From NCBI GenBank assembly GCA_964595465.1, contig CAZQQI010000005.1:9562-73561 (forward strand): DNA of 64,000 nt, in the 5' to 3' direction. Origin of the DNA: an uncultured Planctomycetales bacterium (GTDB lineage Bacteria > Omnitrophota > Gorgyraeia > Zapsychrales > JANLHA01). Below, piece after piece: positions 1 to 8,582 of the stretch. The notes beneath the pieces are model-generated. The model was not told where the DNA came from, made no database searches, and saw nothing but the letters and a program-made list of their open reading frames with translations. Both the position numbers and the translations under genes were made by a program. The number at the start of each line of letters is the position of its first letter. Position 1 is the stretch's first letter.

Positions 1-1
1 G

Positions 2-1102
2 ACCCTGGAGACGGTCGGCGGTGTTCCGTATCTTTCCCGTCTGGTGGACATGGTCCCGAGTTCCGCGAATGTGGCGTTTTATGCCAACATCGTCAAAGAG
101 AAAGGGATCCTCCGCAGTCTGATTAAAAATTCGACCCAGATCATAAACCATTGCTATGAAAGCGGATCGACCATTGATGAGGTCGTGGACAGCGCGGAAA
201 AGCTGATCTTTGAGGTGGCGGATATCCGTCATCAGAGAAGCACGATCGATATCAAGGATCTGGTGAAAACGAGTATTGCCAAGATCGACCGTTTGTATCA
301 GCGTCAGGAGAAGGTGACCGGTATATCGAGCGGGTTTACGGATTTTGACCGGATGACCTCCGGTCTGCAGCCTTCAGATTTGATCATTCTGGCCGGCCGC
401 CCCTCCATGGGGAAAAGTGCTTTGGCCGGATCAATCCTGGAGCATGTTGCCATGGACCAGAATAAACCGGTGGCCTTTTTCAGCCTGGAGATGTCCAAGG
501 AACAGCTGGTTCAGCGTATGCTGTGTTCCCAGGCAAGGATCGATGCCAATAAAGTCCGTACCGGATTTCTTTCGGGATCGGATTGGCCTCTTTTGACCAA
601 GGCCGCCGGGAAACTGTCCGCCTCGAAGATCTTTATTGATGACACACCGGCCTTGTCAGCCCTGGAACTCAGGGCCAAGGCGCGCCGTCTTAAGACCCAG
701 CACGAAATTGAATTGATCGTGATCGATTATATTCAGCTGATGCGGGGCTCGGCACGGGCGGAAAGCCGTCAGCAGGAGATCTCGGAAATATCCCGTTCCA
801 TCAAGGCTCTGGCCAGGGAACTGGGTGTGCCGATCATCGCCTTGAGCCAGTTGTCACGCGCGGTAGAATCGCGCCCAGATCACCGTCCGCAGCTTTCGGA
901 TCTGCGGGAATCCGGTGCCATTGAACAGGACGCCGACGTGGTGGTACTGCTTATGAGGGAAGAATATTACAATCCGACGGAAGAGAACGCCGGCAAGGCT
1001 GAAGTGATTCTCGCAAAACAGCGGAACGGGCCTGTCGGAAGTATTAAGTTGGCTTTTATCAAGGAGTTTGTGCGCTTTGAAAATCTTGCACATGTTGATT
1101 GA
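2..1102 (+). CDS. dnaB: Replicative DNA helicase DnaB, C-terminal ~365 aa; the 5' end lies upstream of the window
   Basis: The reading frame is open from the window start (frame 2). Walker A GRPSMGKS and Walker B LIVIDYIQLM are present, and the RecA-like C-terminal domain is collinear with E. coli DnaB. The ORF track starts at an internal Met (44). Confidence 0.9.
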   Translation, partial: TLETVGGVPYLSRLVDMVPSSANVAFYANIVKEKGILRSLIKNSTQIINHCYESGSTIDEVVDSAEKLIFEVADIRHQRSTIDIKDLVKTSIAKIDRLYQRQEKVTGISSGFTDFDRMTSGLQPSDLIILAGRPSMGKSALAGSILEHVAMDQNKPVAFFSLEMSKEQLVQRMLCSQARIDANKVRTGFLSGSDWPLLTKAAGKLSASKIFIDDTPALSALELRAKARRLKTQHEIELIVIDYIQLMRGSARAESRQQEISEISRSIKALARELGVPIIALSQLSRAVESRPDHRPQLSDLRESGAIEQDADVVVLLMREEYYNPTEENAGKAEVILAKQRNGPVGSIKLAFIKEFVRFENLAHVD

Positions 1103-1127
1103 CAGCGATTTTAAATGTCCCTATAAT
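1099..1127 (+). promoter_or_regulatory. Consensus sigma70-type promoter TTGACA-17-TATAAT overlapping the dnaB stop codon and driving bamA
   Basis: TTGACA at 1099-1104, a 17-bp spacer and TATAAT at 1122-1127 are read directly. The predicted TSS is about 1134, only 2-3 nt before the bamA ATG, which implies a near-leaderless mRNA. Confidence 0.5.
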
Positions 1128-1136
1128 TACCCCATC

Positions 1137-3467
1137 ATGCTGAAACGTACACTTGCCAGTTTTTTAGCCGTCATGATGGTCTTCACTACATCTCTGACTT
1201 GGGCCCAGCAGCCCGGGAACGCCCTGATATCAGAGGCGCCGCAGGAAGCGGAGAAGGACGTGACCGCTGTCGAGGTTAAAGGGAATGAGAGTATCAGCCT
1301 GTCCAAGATTTTGTCCCGGATCAAAACCCGCGTGGGCCAGGATTATCAGAAAACTGTGATCTCTGATGACCTGAAACGTTTGTATAATACCGGATATTTT
1401 TCTGATGTCCGTGTTGACCGTCAGCCTCATGAAGGCGGGTTTAAGGTTATCTTTTATGTCGAAGAGAAACCGGTCGTCGATGAGATCACCTTTTCAGACA
1501 TCCGCTACTATAAGCCGGCCTATCTCAAACGCCAGATCCGCACTCAAGAAGGAAAATTTTTCGATCAGAAGATCCTGCGGGACGACATCAGCCTGATCGA
1601 AGAACTTTATGAGAAGAAAGGGCTGACCCTGGCGAATGTCCGTGCTGAGCAGACCCGCGACGAGGTGACCAATAAAGTGGATCTGCATTTTGTGATCAAA
1701 GAAGGACAGCGGGTCCGCGTTCGGCGGATCATTTTTCACGGCAATGAGACCTTCCGCGATAAGCGTCTGATGAAGGTGATCAAGACACGTCCGGACGGCT
1801 GGTTTAATTCCGGTTATCTCAAAGAACAGGTCCTGGAAGAAGACATCCAGCGGATCAAGGGCTTTTATGAAAAAGACGGGTTCATTGACGTCAAGGTCCG
1901 CCATGAATACGAGGATTTTAATAAAGAACATATTAATGTTCATATCTATATTGAGCAAGGAAAGCAGTATTTTGTGGACAGTGTCCAGGTCACGGGCAAT
2001 GAGGTCTTTACCAATGACGAAATCATTTCCGTCATGGAACAGATTAAGACGGGAGAGGTTTTCAGTCCCGACCGTTTGAGTCTGGATATCGCTGAGATCC
2101 GTTCGATGTATTTCGACGAAGGCTACATTTTCGCCCAGGTCCGTGACTCTGTGGCTCTGAACAGTGAAACTGGCCGTGTGGCTGTGCGTCTGGATATCAT
2201 GGAAGGGGAATTGGCCTACGTAAACAAGATCAAGATCCAGGGCAACACCCGCACACGGGATATCGTGATCCGGCGGGAACTGCGGCTTTATCCCGGGGAT
2301 CGCTTTGACGGTGAGAAACTCCGCCGCAGTAAAGAGCGTCTGCAGAATCTGGGATATTTTCAGAATGTCGCCTACGATACAGAACAGACATCCCGCGGCA
2401 ATTATAAAAATCTGGTCGTCAACGTCGAGGAGGCTAAGACCGGATCGTTTAATTTCGGCGGCGGATACAGCACGGTGGATAGTGTTGTGGGGTTCGTTGA
2501 GATCGAACAGAAAAATTTTGATTTTACCAATTGGCCGACGTTTACCGGAGGCGGGCAGAATCTGACCTTCCGGGCTGAGACCGGTTCCACCCGGAATAAT
2601 TTTCGTCTGAGCTTTACCGAACCGTGGCTGTTTGACTATCCGGTGTCCGGGGGGTTTGACCTCTATATGACCGAACGGGACCGGGAACGCGATGTCGGGT
2701 ACGCCTTTGATGAGTCACGTAAAGGGGGGCGTCTCCGGTTCGGCAAGCAGATCTCGGAATACGTGACCGGCGGTTTGGCTTACCGCTATGAAAATATTGA
2801 GATCGATAATTTTGATGATGATGTTTCCGCGGATCTGCTCAAAGAAGAAGGCGAGAACAACCTCAGTGAGCTCGGGTTTTCTCTGGCCCGGGATACCCGG
2901 GACAGTGTTTTTAATCCCACGAGCGGTTTGTATTTGAGCGGAAATATCGATATCGCCGGCGGTCCTATGCTGGGGGATAAAGATTATTACCGGGTCACGA
3001 CCAAGACCAGTTATAATATCCCTCTTAAGTGGAAATCGGTGCTGGAGCTTCGTTTGCGGACCGGGGTTATGGATAACTACGGGGATTCGGATCAGGTGCC
3101 GATATATGAACGGTTCTATGCCGGCGGCGCCCGCACGATCCGCGGATATGACGAGCGCAAAGTCGGACCGCTGGATTCGGCTACGGATGATCCCATCGGC
3201 GGGGAGAGCCTGCTGGTCGGGAATGTGGAATGGACGATTCCTGTTTTGAAGTTTATGAAAGCCGCTGCGTTCTATGACATTGGTAACGTCTGGAGTGATA
3301 TGAAAGATTTTGCCACCCAGGATCTAAAATCGGGTGTGGGGATGGGCTTGCGGTTCAAGACGCCGATCGGGCCGATTAATCTGGACTACGGATATCCACT
3401 GGATAATGAACCCGGGGAGGAATCCAAGTCCGGCAAGTTTTATTTCAGCGTCAGCCGGGGGTTTTAA
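1137..3467 (+). CDS. bamA: Outer membrane protein assembly factor BamA (POTRA repeats plus C-terminal beta-barrel)
   Basis: 777 aa. It has a signal peptide MLKRTLASFLAVMMVFTTSLTWAQQ, repeated POTRA-like segments, a C-terminal barrel ending in the aromatic motif ...FYFSVSRGF, and the conserved bamA-skp-lpxD neighbourhood. The start was moved from ORF-track 1068 to the in-frame ATG at 1137, after the dnaB stop. Confidence 0.9.
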   Translation: MLKRTLASFLAVMMVFTTSLTWAQQPGNALISEAPQEAEKDVTAVEVKGNESISLSKILSRIKTRVGQDYQKTVISDDLKRLYNTGYFSDVRVDRQPHEGGFKVIFYVEEKPVVDEITFSDIRYYKPAYLKRQIRTQEGKFFDQKILRDDISLIEELYEKKGLTLANVRAEQTRDEVTNKVDLHFVIKEGQRVRVRRIIFHGNETFRDKRLMKVIKTRPDGWFNSGYLKEQVLEEDIQRIKGFYEKDGFIDVKVRHEYEDFNKEHINVHIYIEQGKQYFVDSVQVTGNEVFTNDEIISVMEQIKTGEVFSPDRLSLDIAEIRSMYFDEGYIFAQVRDSVALNSETGRVAVRLDIMEGELAYVNKIKIQGNTRTRDIVIRRELRLYPGDRFDGEKLRRSKERLQNLGYFQNVAYDTEQTSRGNYKNLVVNVEEAKTGSFNFGGGYSTVDSVVGFVEIEQKNFDFTNWPTFTGGGQNLTFRAETGSTRNNFRLSFTEPWLFDYPVSGGFDLYMTERDRERDVGYAFDESRKGGRLRFGKQISEYVTGGLAYRYENIEIDNFDDDVSADLLKEEGENNLSELGFSLARDTRDSVFNPTSGLYLSGNIDIAGGPMLGDKDYYRVTTKTSYNIPLKWKSVLELRLRTGVMDNYGDSDQVPIYERFYAGGARTIRGYDERKVGPLDSATDDPIGGESLLVGNVEWTIPVLKFMKAAAFYDIGNVWSDMKDFATQDLKSGVGMGLRFKTPIGPINLDYGYPLDNEPGEESKSGKFYFSVSRGF

Positions 3468-3521
3468 AAAGGATAACAATAGCAGCCGGAAACGTGAACG
3501 ACCAGCTAAAGGAGGGATGAT

Positions 3522-4037
3522 ATGAATAAAAAGAAATTATGGATTTCGATTTTTGTATGCGCGCTTATGCTTGCCGGTGCGACGGCCGCCTCGGCTCAGT
3601 CCGCTAAGAAAATGGGCTATCTGGATCTCAGCAGGATTTTTGATAATTATGAAAAAACCAAGGCCTATGATGATGTCCTGGAAAAACAGCATGCCTCATA
3701 TGAAGAAGAACTGAACAAGCGGGTCGAGGCTATTCAGGAAAAACAGGCACGGCTGGCGGTCCTGACAGATGAAGAAAAGGCCAAGCTGCAGCAGGAGATC
3801 GACGAACAGACCACGGCTCTGCGTCAGTGGGACGAGGACCAGCGTAGTGAGCTGATGAAAAAACGTGATGAGAGAATTCGTGAAATTCTGCTGGAGGTCG
3901 AACAGATTGTCAGTGATTATGCCCAACAGGAAGGCTATGATCTGATCCTCAATGACCGTGTTCTGATCTACGGGGCTGACGGCTTTGACATCACGGACAA
4001 GGTTCTGCAGAAGCTGAATGAAATGTATAAAAAATAA
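3522..4037 (+). CDS. skp: Periplasmic chaperone Skp/OmpH
   Basis: 171 aa with a signal peptide, a coiled-coil-rich OmpH-like sequence, an SD AAAGGAGGG 6 nt upstream, and a position between bamA and lpxD. Confidence 0.8.
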   Translation: MNKKKLWISIFVCALMLAGATAASAQSAKKMGYLDLSRIFDNYEKTKAYDDVLEKQHASYEEELNKRVEAIQEKQARLAVLTDEEKAKLQQEIDEQTTALRQWDEDQRSELMKKRDERIREILLEVEQIVSDYAQQEGYDLILNDRVLIYGADGFDITDKVLQKLNEMYKK

Positions 4038-4052
4038 TCTGATGATATGATA

Positions 4053-4080
4053 ACGGCCATGGTTTTCTGAACATGGCCGT
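4053..4080 (+). terminator. Hairpin (ACGGCCATG / CATGGCCGT) followed by a GT-rich tract after skp; a weak terminator candidate
   Basis: A 9-bp inverted repeat with a 10-nt loop is read directly. The downstream U tract is poor (GUUGUUGUAUAUU). Confidence 0.3.
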
Positions 4081-4108
4081 GTTGTTGTATATTCCGGTAA
4101 GGGGTTTG

Positions 4109-5149
4109 ATGAGAAAGACAGTTAATGAGATCGCGGAATTTATCGGCGGAGAACTGGTTGGGTCAGGGCAGGGAGAGGTGTCTGGTTTTGCCGGGCTGAA
4201 AGAGGCCTCGCCCCGGGATGTTTCTTTTTTGGCTAATCCGAAATATTCCCCCCTGCTGAAAGAGACCCGTGCGGCAGCTGTTATTGTGGGGAAAGATGTT
4301 GCCGCAGAGGGTCTAACGCTGATCCGTGTGCCGGATCCGTCCCGCGCGTTTTCCAGGGCCCTTGAGCTTTATGTCGAAGAATGCCCCGGCGGATTTTCAG
4401 GTATTCATTCCAGCGCAGTGATCGCTGATGACGTGTCCTTAGCTGATGATGTGACAGTCGGTCCGCACGCTGTGATTGATGCCGGCGTGAAGATCGCCGC
4501 GGGAAGCCGTATCGGCGCCGGATGTTTTATCGGCAGCGGAAGCCGGATCGGCGCCGGCTGCAGGATTTATCCTCAGGTTTCTATTCTGACCCGGACGCGC
4601 ATCGGTGAGTCTGTGGTTATCCACAGCGGCACTGTTATCGGGTCCGACGGATTCGGGTTCGCGACAGACGAAAAAGGGATTCATCATAAGATCCCGCAGA
4701 TCGGATATGTCGAAATCCAGGATCATGTTGAGATCGGCTCCAATGTCAGTATTGACCGGGCCCGCTTTGACAAAACCGTGATCGGCGAAGGGACCAAGAT
4801 CGACAACCTGGTTCAGATCGCGCATAATGTCCGTATCGGCAAGGGGTGCCTGATCGTTTCTCAGGTCGGGATTTCTGGAAGCACGGTTATCGAAGATTAT
4901 GTTGTTCTGGGAGGGCAGGTCGGCGTTGCCGGTCATTTGACGGTTGGACAGGGCACGCGGATAGCGGCCCAGTCCGGGGTTGCGCAGTCTGTTCCGGAAA
5001 AATCGGTTCTCTTCGGTTCTCCTGCACAGCCGCATATGCAGGCCAAACGCGCGAATGCCTATGTTAATAAATTGCCGGATTATATCAAACAGATCCGGGA
5101 TCTGAAAGCCAGGGTCGTTGAACTGGAAAGGAAATCCGGTCAGCTGTAA
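4109..5149 (+). CDS. lpxD: UDP-3-O-acylglucosamine N-acyltransferase LpxD
   Basis: Hexapeptide-repeat left-handed beta-helix protein, collinear with E. coli LpxD (N-terminal [16 protein letters not shown]..., ...ANPKY...). The start was set at the internal ATG 4109 (the ORF track starts at 4073). Confidence 0.85.
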   Translation: MRKTVNEIAEFIGGELVGSGQGEVSGFAGLKEASPRDVSFLANPKYSPLLKETRAAAVIVGKDVAAEGLTLIRVPDPSRAFSRALELYVEECPGGFSGIHSSAVIADDVSLADDVTVGPHAVIDAGVKIAAGSRIGAGCFIGSGSRIGAGCRIYPQVSILTRTRIGESVVIHSGTVIGSDGFGFATDEKGIHHKIPQIGYVEIQDHVEIGSNVSIDRARFDKTVIGEGTKIDNLVQIAHNVRIGKGCLIVSQVGISGSTVIEDYVVLGGQVGVAGHLTVGQGTRIAAQSGVAQSVPEKSVLFGSPAQPHMQAKRANAYVNKLPDYIKQIRDLKARVVELERKSGQL

Positions 5150-5150
5150 T

Positions 5151-6002
5151 ATGCAAGATGTCCAACAGACAATCGCACAGCCTGCGTCATTTCAAGGTGT
5201 TGGGTTACATAGCGGAGAAGCCGTCCGGGTGGTTTTGAAGCCTGCGGATGAGAATAGCGGTATCCGATTTCGACGCGTTGACTTGCCGGATTCGCCGGAT
5301 ATCCATCTCGGTCCGGCTTTGCTGCAGCGTCAGAACGGCGTCAGCCGCTGTACGATGCTCGGTGAGGGGGGCGCCTCAGTCCAGACCGTTGAACATCTCC
5401 TGGCTTCTTTCCATTGTCTGGGAATCGATAATATTTTGGTAGAGATGGACGGGCAGGAGGTGCCGGGGATGGACGGGAGCGCGCTTCCTGTTGTTGAGAC
5501 CCTTTTAACCGCCGGGATAAGGGGGCAAAACAGCCAGCGGGAGGTCTTGGAGATCCGTGAGGATATTTGTCTGGAGCAGAACGGAATGTCGATCTCGGCC
5601 AGTCCGGCTGATGATCTGCATATATCTTATATTCTGGATTATCCGCATCCCCTGATGCAGTCAGAAACAGCTTTTTCGGTTACCCGCGAGACCTTTATTA
5701 AGGAGATCGCCCCCTCCAGAACATTTTGCCTGCGGTCGGAGGCCGATGCCTTGCGGGCGGCCGGTTTGGGAAAAGGCGCCAGTACAGCCAATACTCTGGT
5801 TATGGAAGACGACGGGCCGTTGGAGAATTCTCTGCGGTTTCCGGATGAATGCGCCCGGCATAAAGTGCTTGATCTTATCGGAGATCTGTTTGTTCTGGGC
5901 CGCCCGGTCCGGGGCCGGATTACCGCTGTGCGCAGCGGACACAAAATGAATTGGCAATTTGTCAAACACATATGGGGGGAATGGTATGAGCGCAAAGTTT
6001 AG
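5151..6002 (+). CDS. lpxC: UDP-3-O-acyl-N-acetylglucosamine deacetylase LpxC
   Basis: The N-terminus MQDVQQTIAQPASFQGVGLHSGEAV matches LpxC (E. coli [24 protein letters not shown]), and zinc-ligand His/Asp regions are conserved. The ATG is 1 nt after the lpxD stop. Confidence 0.85.
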   Translation: MQDVQQTIAQPASFQGVGLHSGEAVRVVLKPADENSGIRFRRVDLPDSPDIHLGPALLQRQNGVSRCTMLGEGGASVQTVEHLLASFHCLGIDNILVEMDGQEVPGMDGSALPVVETLLTAGIRGQNSQREVLEIREDICLEQNGMSISASPADDLHISYILDYPHPLMQSETAFSVTRETFIKEIAPSRTFCLRSEADALRAAGLGKGASTANTLVMEDDGPLENSLRFPDECARHKVLDLIGDLFVLGRPVRGRITAVRSGHKMNWQFVKHIWGEWYERKV

Positions 6003-6033
6003 ATCCACGGCGAACAGCGCCGGTTACACGTCT

Positions 6034-6471
6034 ATGGATGTGCAGCAGATCATGGAGGTGATCCCTCATCGTTATCCTTTTTTGTTGGTCGATCGGATCA
6101 CGGAATTGGAAGCCGGCAAACGTGCTGTGGGGATCAAGAATGTGACTGCCAACGAAAATTTCTTTACGGGGCATTTTCCTCAGCGTCCCATTATGCCCGG
6201 TGTTCTGATGGTCGAGGCCATGGCTCAGGTCAGCGGCCTGCTTTTGAAAAGCATTGATCATCACGCGGATCATGTCGGCCTGTTCATGTCGATCAATAAT
6301 GTCAAGTTCCGCCGACCGGTCGTCCCCGGTGATCAGTTGGTCATGGAGGTTGAGGTGACCCGCGACCGTTCGCGCATGTCCGGTACTCATGGCGTGGCCA
6401 GGGTGGACGGGGATGTCGCCTGCGAAGGGGACCTGACATTTTCATTTATGGAATCTAAATTTTTAGATTAA
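6034..6471 (+). CDS. fabZ: 3-hydroxyacyl-ACP dehydratase FabZ (copy in the lpx cluster)
   Basis: The hot-dog fold motifs IPHRYPFLLVDRI...GHFP...PGVLMVEAMAQ are present. A start at ATG 6034 gives 145 aa, matching Bacillus and E. coli FabZ N-termini (the ORF track starts at 5959). Confidence 0.85.
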   Translation: MDVQQIMEVIPHRYPFLLVDRITELEAGKRAVGIKNVTANENFFTGHFPQRPIMPGVLMVEAMAQVSGLLLKSIDHHADHVGLFMSINNVKFRRPVVPGDQLVMEVEVTRDRSRMSGTHGVARVDGDVACEGDLTFSFMESKFLD

Positions 6472-6496
6472 TCTGTCAAAATTGAAGTGAGAGCAT

Positions 6497-7309
6497 ATGT
6501 CAACGTTAGAGACAAAGATTCATCCGACAGCGGTCATTGATCCTCAAGCCCAAATTGCTGATGGGGTTGAGATCGGGCCGTTTTGTGTGGTCGGTCCGCG
6601 GGTCGTTTTAGGCTCCGGTGTCAGCCTGGCCAGTCATTGCCATGTTGCCGGCAAGACCACGATCGGTGAGAGGACGCGTCTGTTTCCCGGCGCGGTCGTC
6701 GGGACAGATCCTCAGGATAAGAAATTCCGCTCGGGTGAGAATGTTTCTCTGGATATCGGAAAAAACAATATTATCCGTGAATATGTGATGATCAATCCCG
6801 GAACGGAAAAAGGCGGCGGGCGGACCGTGATCGGTGACGGGAATCTGTTCATGGCCTATTCACATGTGGCGCATGATTGCCGCATCGGCAGCAAATGTGT
6901 TTTTGCCAACGTGGCCACGATAGCCGGTCATGTCACGGTGGAAGACAGCGCGATCGTCGGCGGACTGACCGGGGTTCATCAATTTGTCCGTATCGGACGT
7001 ATGGCCATGGTGGGGGGATGTTCCCGGGTCAGCCAGGATGTTGTGCCGTTTGCTATGTGTTCCGGGGCGGAGACCGCTGTACGCAGTGTAAATGTCGTCG
7101 GACTCCGGCGCAAAGGATATTCTTCGGACCAGGCGCGCCTTTTAAAACGCGCTTTTAAGATCTTGTTTTTTTCCGGATTGAACCGCGCCAGCGCCCTGGA
7201 GCAGATCGAGAAAGAGATAGAATCGGATGAAACCATAACCGCTCTGGTCGATTTTGTCCGTACGAGTCAGCGCGGCATTATGGGGGCGGTCACTCCACAG
7301 TATGAATGA
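6497..7309 (+). CDS. lpxA: UDP-N-acetylglucosamine O-acyltransferase LpxA
   Basis: 270 aa, a hexapeptide-repeat protein collinear with E. coli LpxA (IHPTAVIDP...GPFCVVGP...AHDC.IG). Confidence 0.9.
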   Translation: MSTLETKIHPTAVIDPQAQIADGVEIGPFCVVGPRVVLGSGVSLASHCHVAGKTTIGERTRLFPGAVVGTDPQDKKFRSGENVSLDIGKNNIIREYVMINPGTEKGGGRTVIGDGNLFMAYSHVAHDCRIGSKCVFANVATIAGHVTVEDSAIVGGLTGVHQFVRIGRMAMVGGCSRVSQDVVPFAMCSGAETAVRSVNVVGLRRKGYSSDQARLLKRAFKILFFSGLNRASALEQIEKEIESDETITALVDFVRTSQRGIMGAVTPQYE

Positions 7310-8114
7310 TCTCAAAACCATAGGTCTGATCGCCGGCAACGGCAAGTTTCCGTTTCTTCTGGCCCGCGCGGCCCGGAAACAGGGTATCCGTGTGGCGGCG
7401 GCTGCGGTAAAAGGCGACACGTCTTTTTTGCTGAGGGCTTGTGTGGATAAGATCCGCTGGTTCCGGGTCAGCGAATTGCGCGAAGCGTTCGAATATTTCC
7501 GTCAAAACGGTGTCAGCAAGGTGATCATGGCCGGTCAGGTCAGTCAGCGCAATCTTTTTGATCCCCGCGTTCAGTCTGATCCCCAGCTGAAAGAGTTTTT
7601 TTCCGCTCTGCAGGACCGCAAGGCCGACACGATCTTCTCGGCTGTTGTGGATTTTCTTGCTGAACATGGCCTGCAGGTGCTGGATTCCACGCTTTTACTA
7701 GAAGCGTTTTTAGCGCCGCGGGGAACATTGACCCGCCGGGGGCCGACTCCGGAACACATTTCGGATATAGAGTTCGGCAGGACGATCGCCAAGGCAATGG
7801 GAGGTCTGGATGTGGGGCAGACCGTTGTCGTTAAGGAAAAAGCGATCGTAGCCATTGAAGCCATGGAAGGGACCGACCGCTGTATTCTGCGGGGAGGACG
7901 TATCGCCCGTGAGGGTGCCGTTGTGGTCAAGACCAGCAAGCCGCAGCAGGACACCCGCTTTGATGTGCCGGTGTTCGGGCCGCGTACGATCCGCAATATG
8001 ATCCGTTCACGCTGCGCCTGCCTGGGAGTGGAGGCGGGAAAAACGTTGGTTATCGACCGGCAAAAATGCGTTAAAATAGCGGATAAAGCCGGCATGACCA
8101 TTGTGTGTTTTTAG
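7302..8114 (+). CDS. lpxI: UDP-2,3-diacylglucosamine hydrolase LpxI (DUF1009 family)
   Basis: The N-terminus MNDLKTIGLIAGNGKFPF resembles LpxI/DUF1009, and the gene sits immediately after lpxA, as lpxI does in LpxH-lacking lineages. The start was moved to ATG 7302. Confidence 0.6.
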   Translation: MNDLKTIGLIAGNGKFPFLLARAARKQGIRVAAAAVKGDTSFLLRACVDKIRWFRVSELREAFEYFRQNGVSKVIMAGQVSQRNLFDPRVQSDPQLKEFFSALQDRKADTIFSAVVDFLAEHGLQVLDSTLLLEAFLAPRGTLTRRGPTPEHISDIEFGRTIAKAMGGLDVGQTVVVKEKAIVAIEAMEGTDRCILRGGRIAREGAVVVKTSKPQQDTRFDVPVFGPRTIRNMIRSRCACLGVEAGKTLVIDRQKCVKIADKAGMTIVCF

Positions 8115-8168
8115 GAAATCCTGCATTTTCGTCCGGAATTCCCGCCTTTTTTGCGTATCCGCTAATAC

Positions 8169-8197
8169 TTGACTTATATATAAAGAAATAGTATAAT
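8169..8197 (+). promoter_or_regulatory. rpsO promoter TTGACT-17-TATAAT
   Basis: TTGACT at 8169-8174, a 17-bp spacer and TATAAT at 8192-8197 are read directly. A purine-rich ~75-nt leader follows. Confidence 0.6.
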
Positions 8198-8275
8198 AGC
8201 CAAACTTTTCAAAAGTGAAATCGACAAAGAATCGTCAAAGAAGACGAAGAAAAAAAGAAAGAGGAGAGAGACACA

Positions 8276-8545
8276 TTGACACTTGCAAAAGAAAATAAAA
8301 CCAACGTCATTGATGATTTCAAAGTACACGCCAAGGATACCGGTTCACCCGAGGTTCAGGTAGCCGTGCTGTCCGCGCGCATCAATGAGCTCGCCGAACA
8401 CCTGAAGGTTCATCGTAAGGACTTCCACTCACGCCGTGGTCTTTTGATGATGATCGGTAAGCGCCGCCGTTTATTGAGTTATTTAAAGCGGACTAAGCCC
8501 GAGAAGTACGAAGAGACCATTAAGAAACTGAATCTCCGCAAATAA
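8276..8545 (+). CDS. rpsO: 30S ribosomal protein S15 (TTG start)
   Basis: 89 aa with the S15 signature ...[16 protein letters not shown]...[11 protein letters not shown]...RRRLL.YL. An SD AGAGGAGAGAG lies upstream. Confidence 0.9.
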   Translation: MTLAKENKTNVIDDFKVHAKDTGSPEVQVAVLSARINELAEHLKVHRKDFHSRRGLLMMIGKRRRLLSYLKRTKPEKYEETIKKLNLRK

Positions 8546-8582
8546 TTGCGAATATTAGAATTTTAATCGAGAGGAAAAGGCT

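Noticed and set aside
8534-8582. Small hairpin (CGCAA-ATAA-TTGCG) across the rpsO stop as an RNase III or terminator site between rpsO and pnp
   Set aside because: The stem is only 5 bp with no U tract, which is too weak to call. The rpsO-pnp spacer is just 37 nt, so the two are probably co-transcribed.
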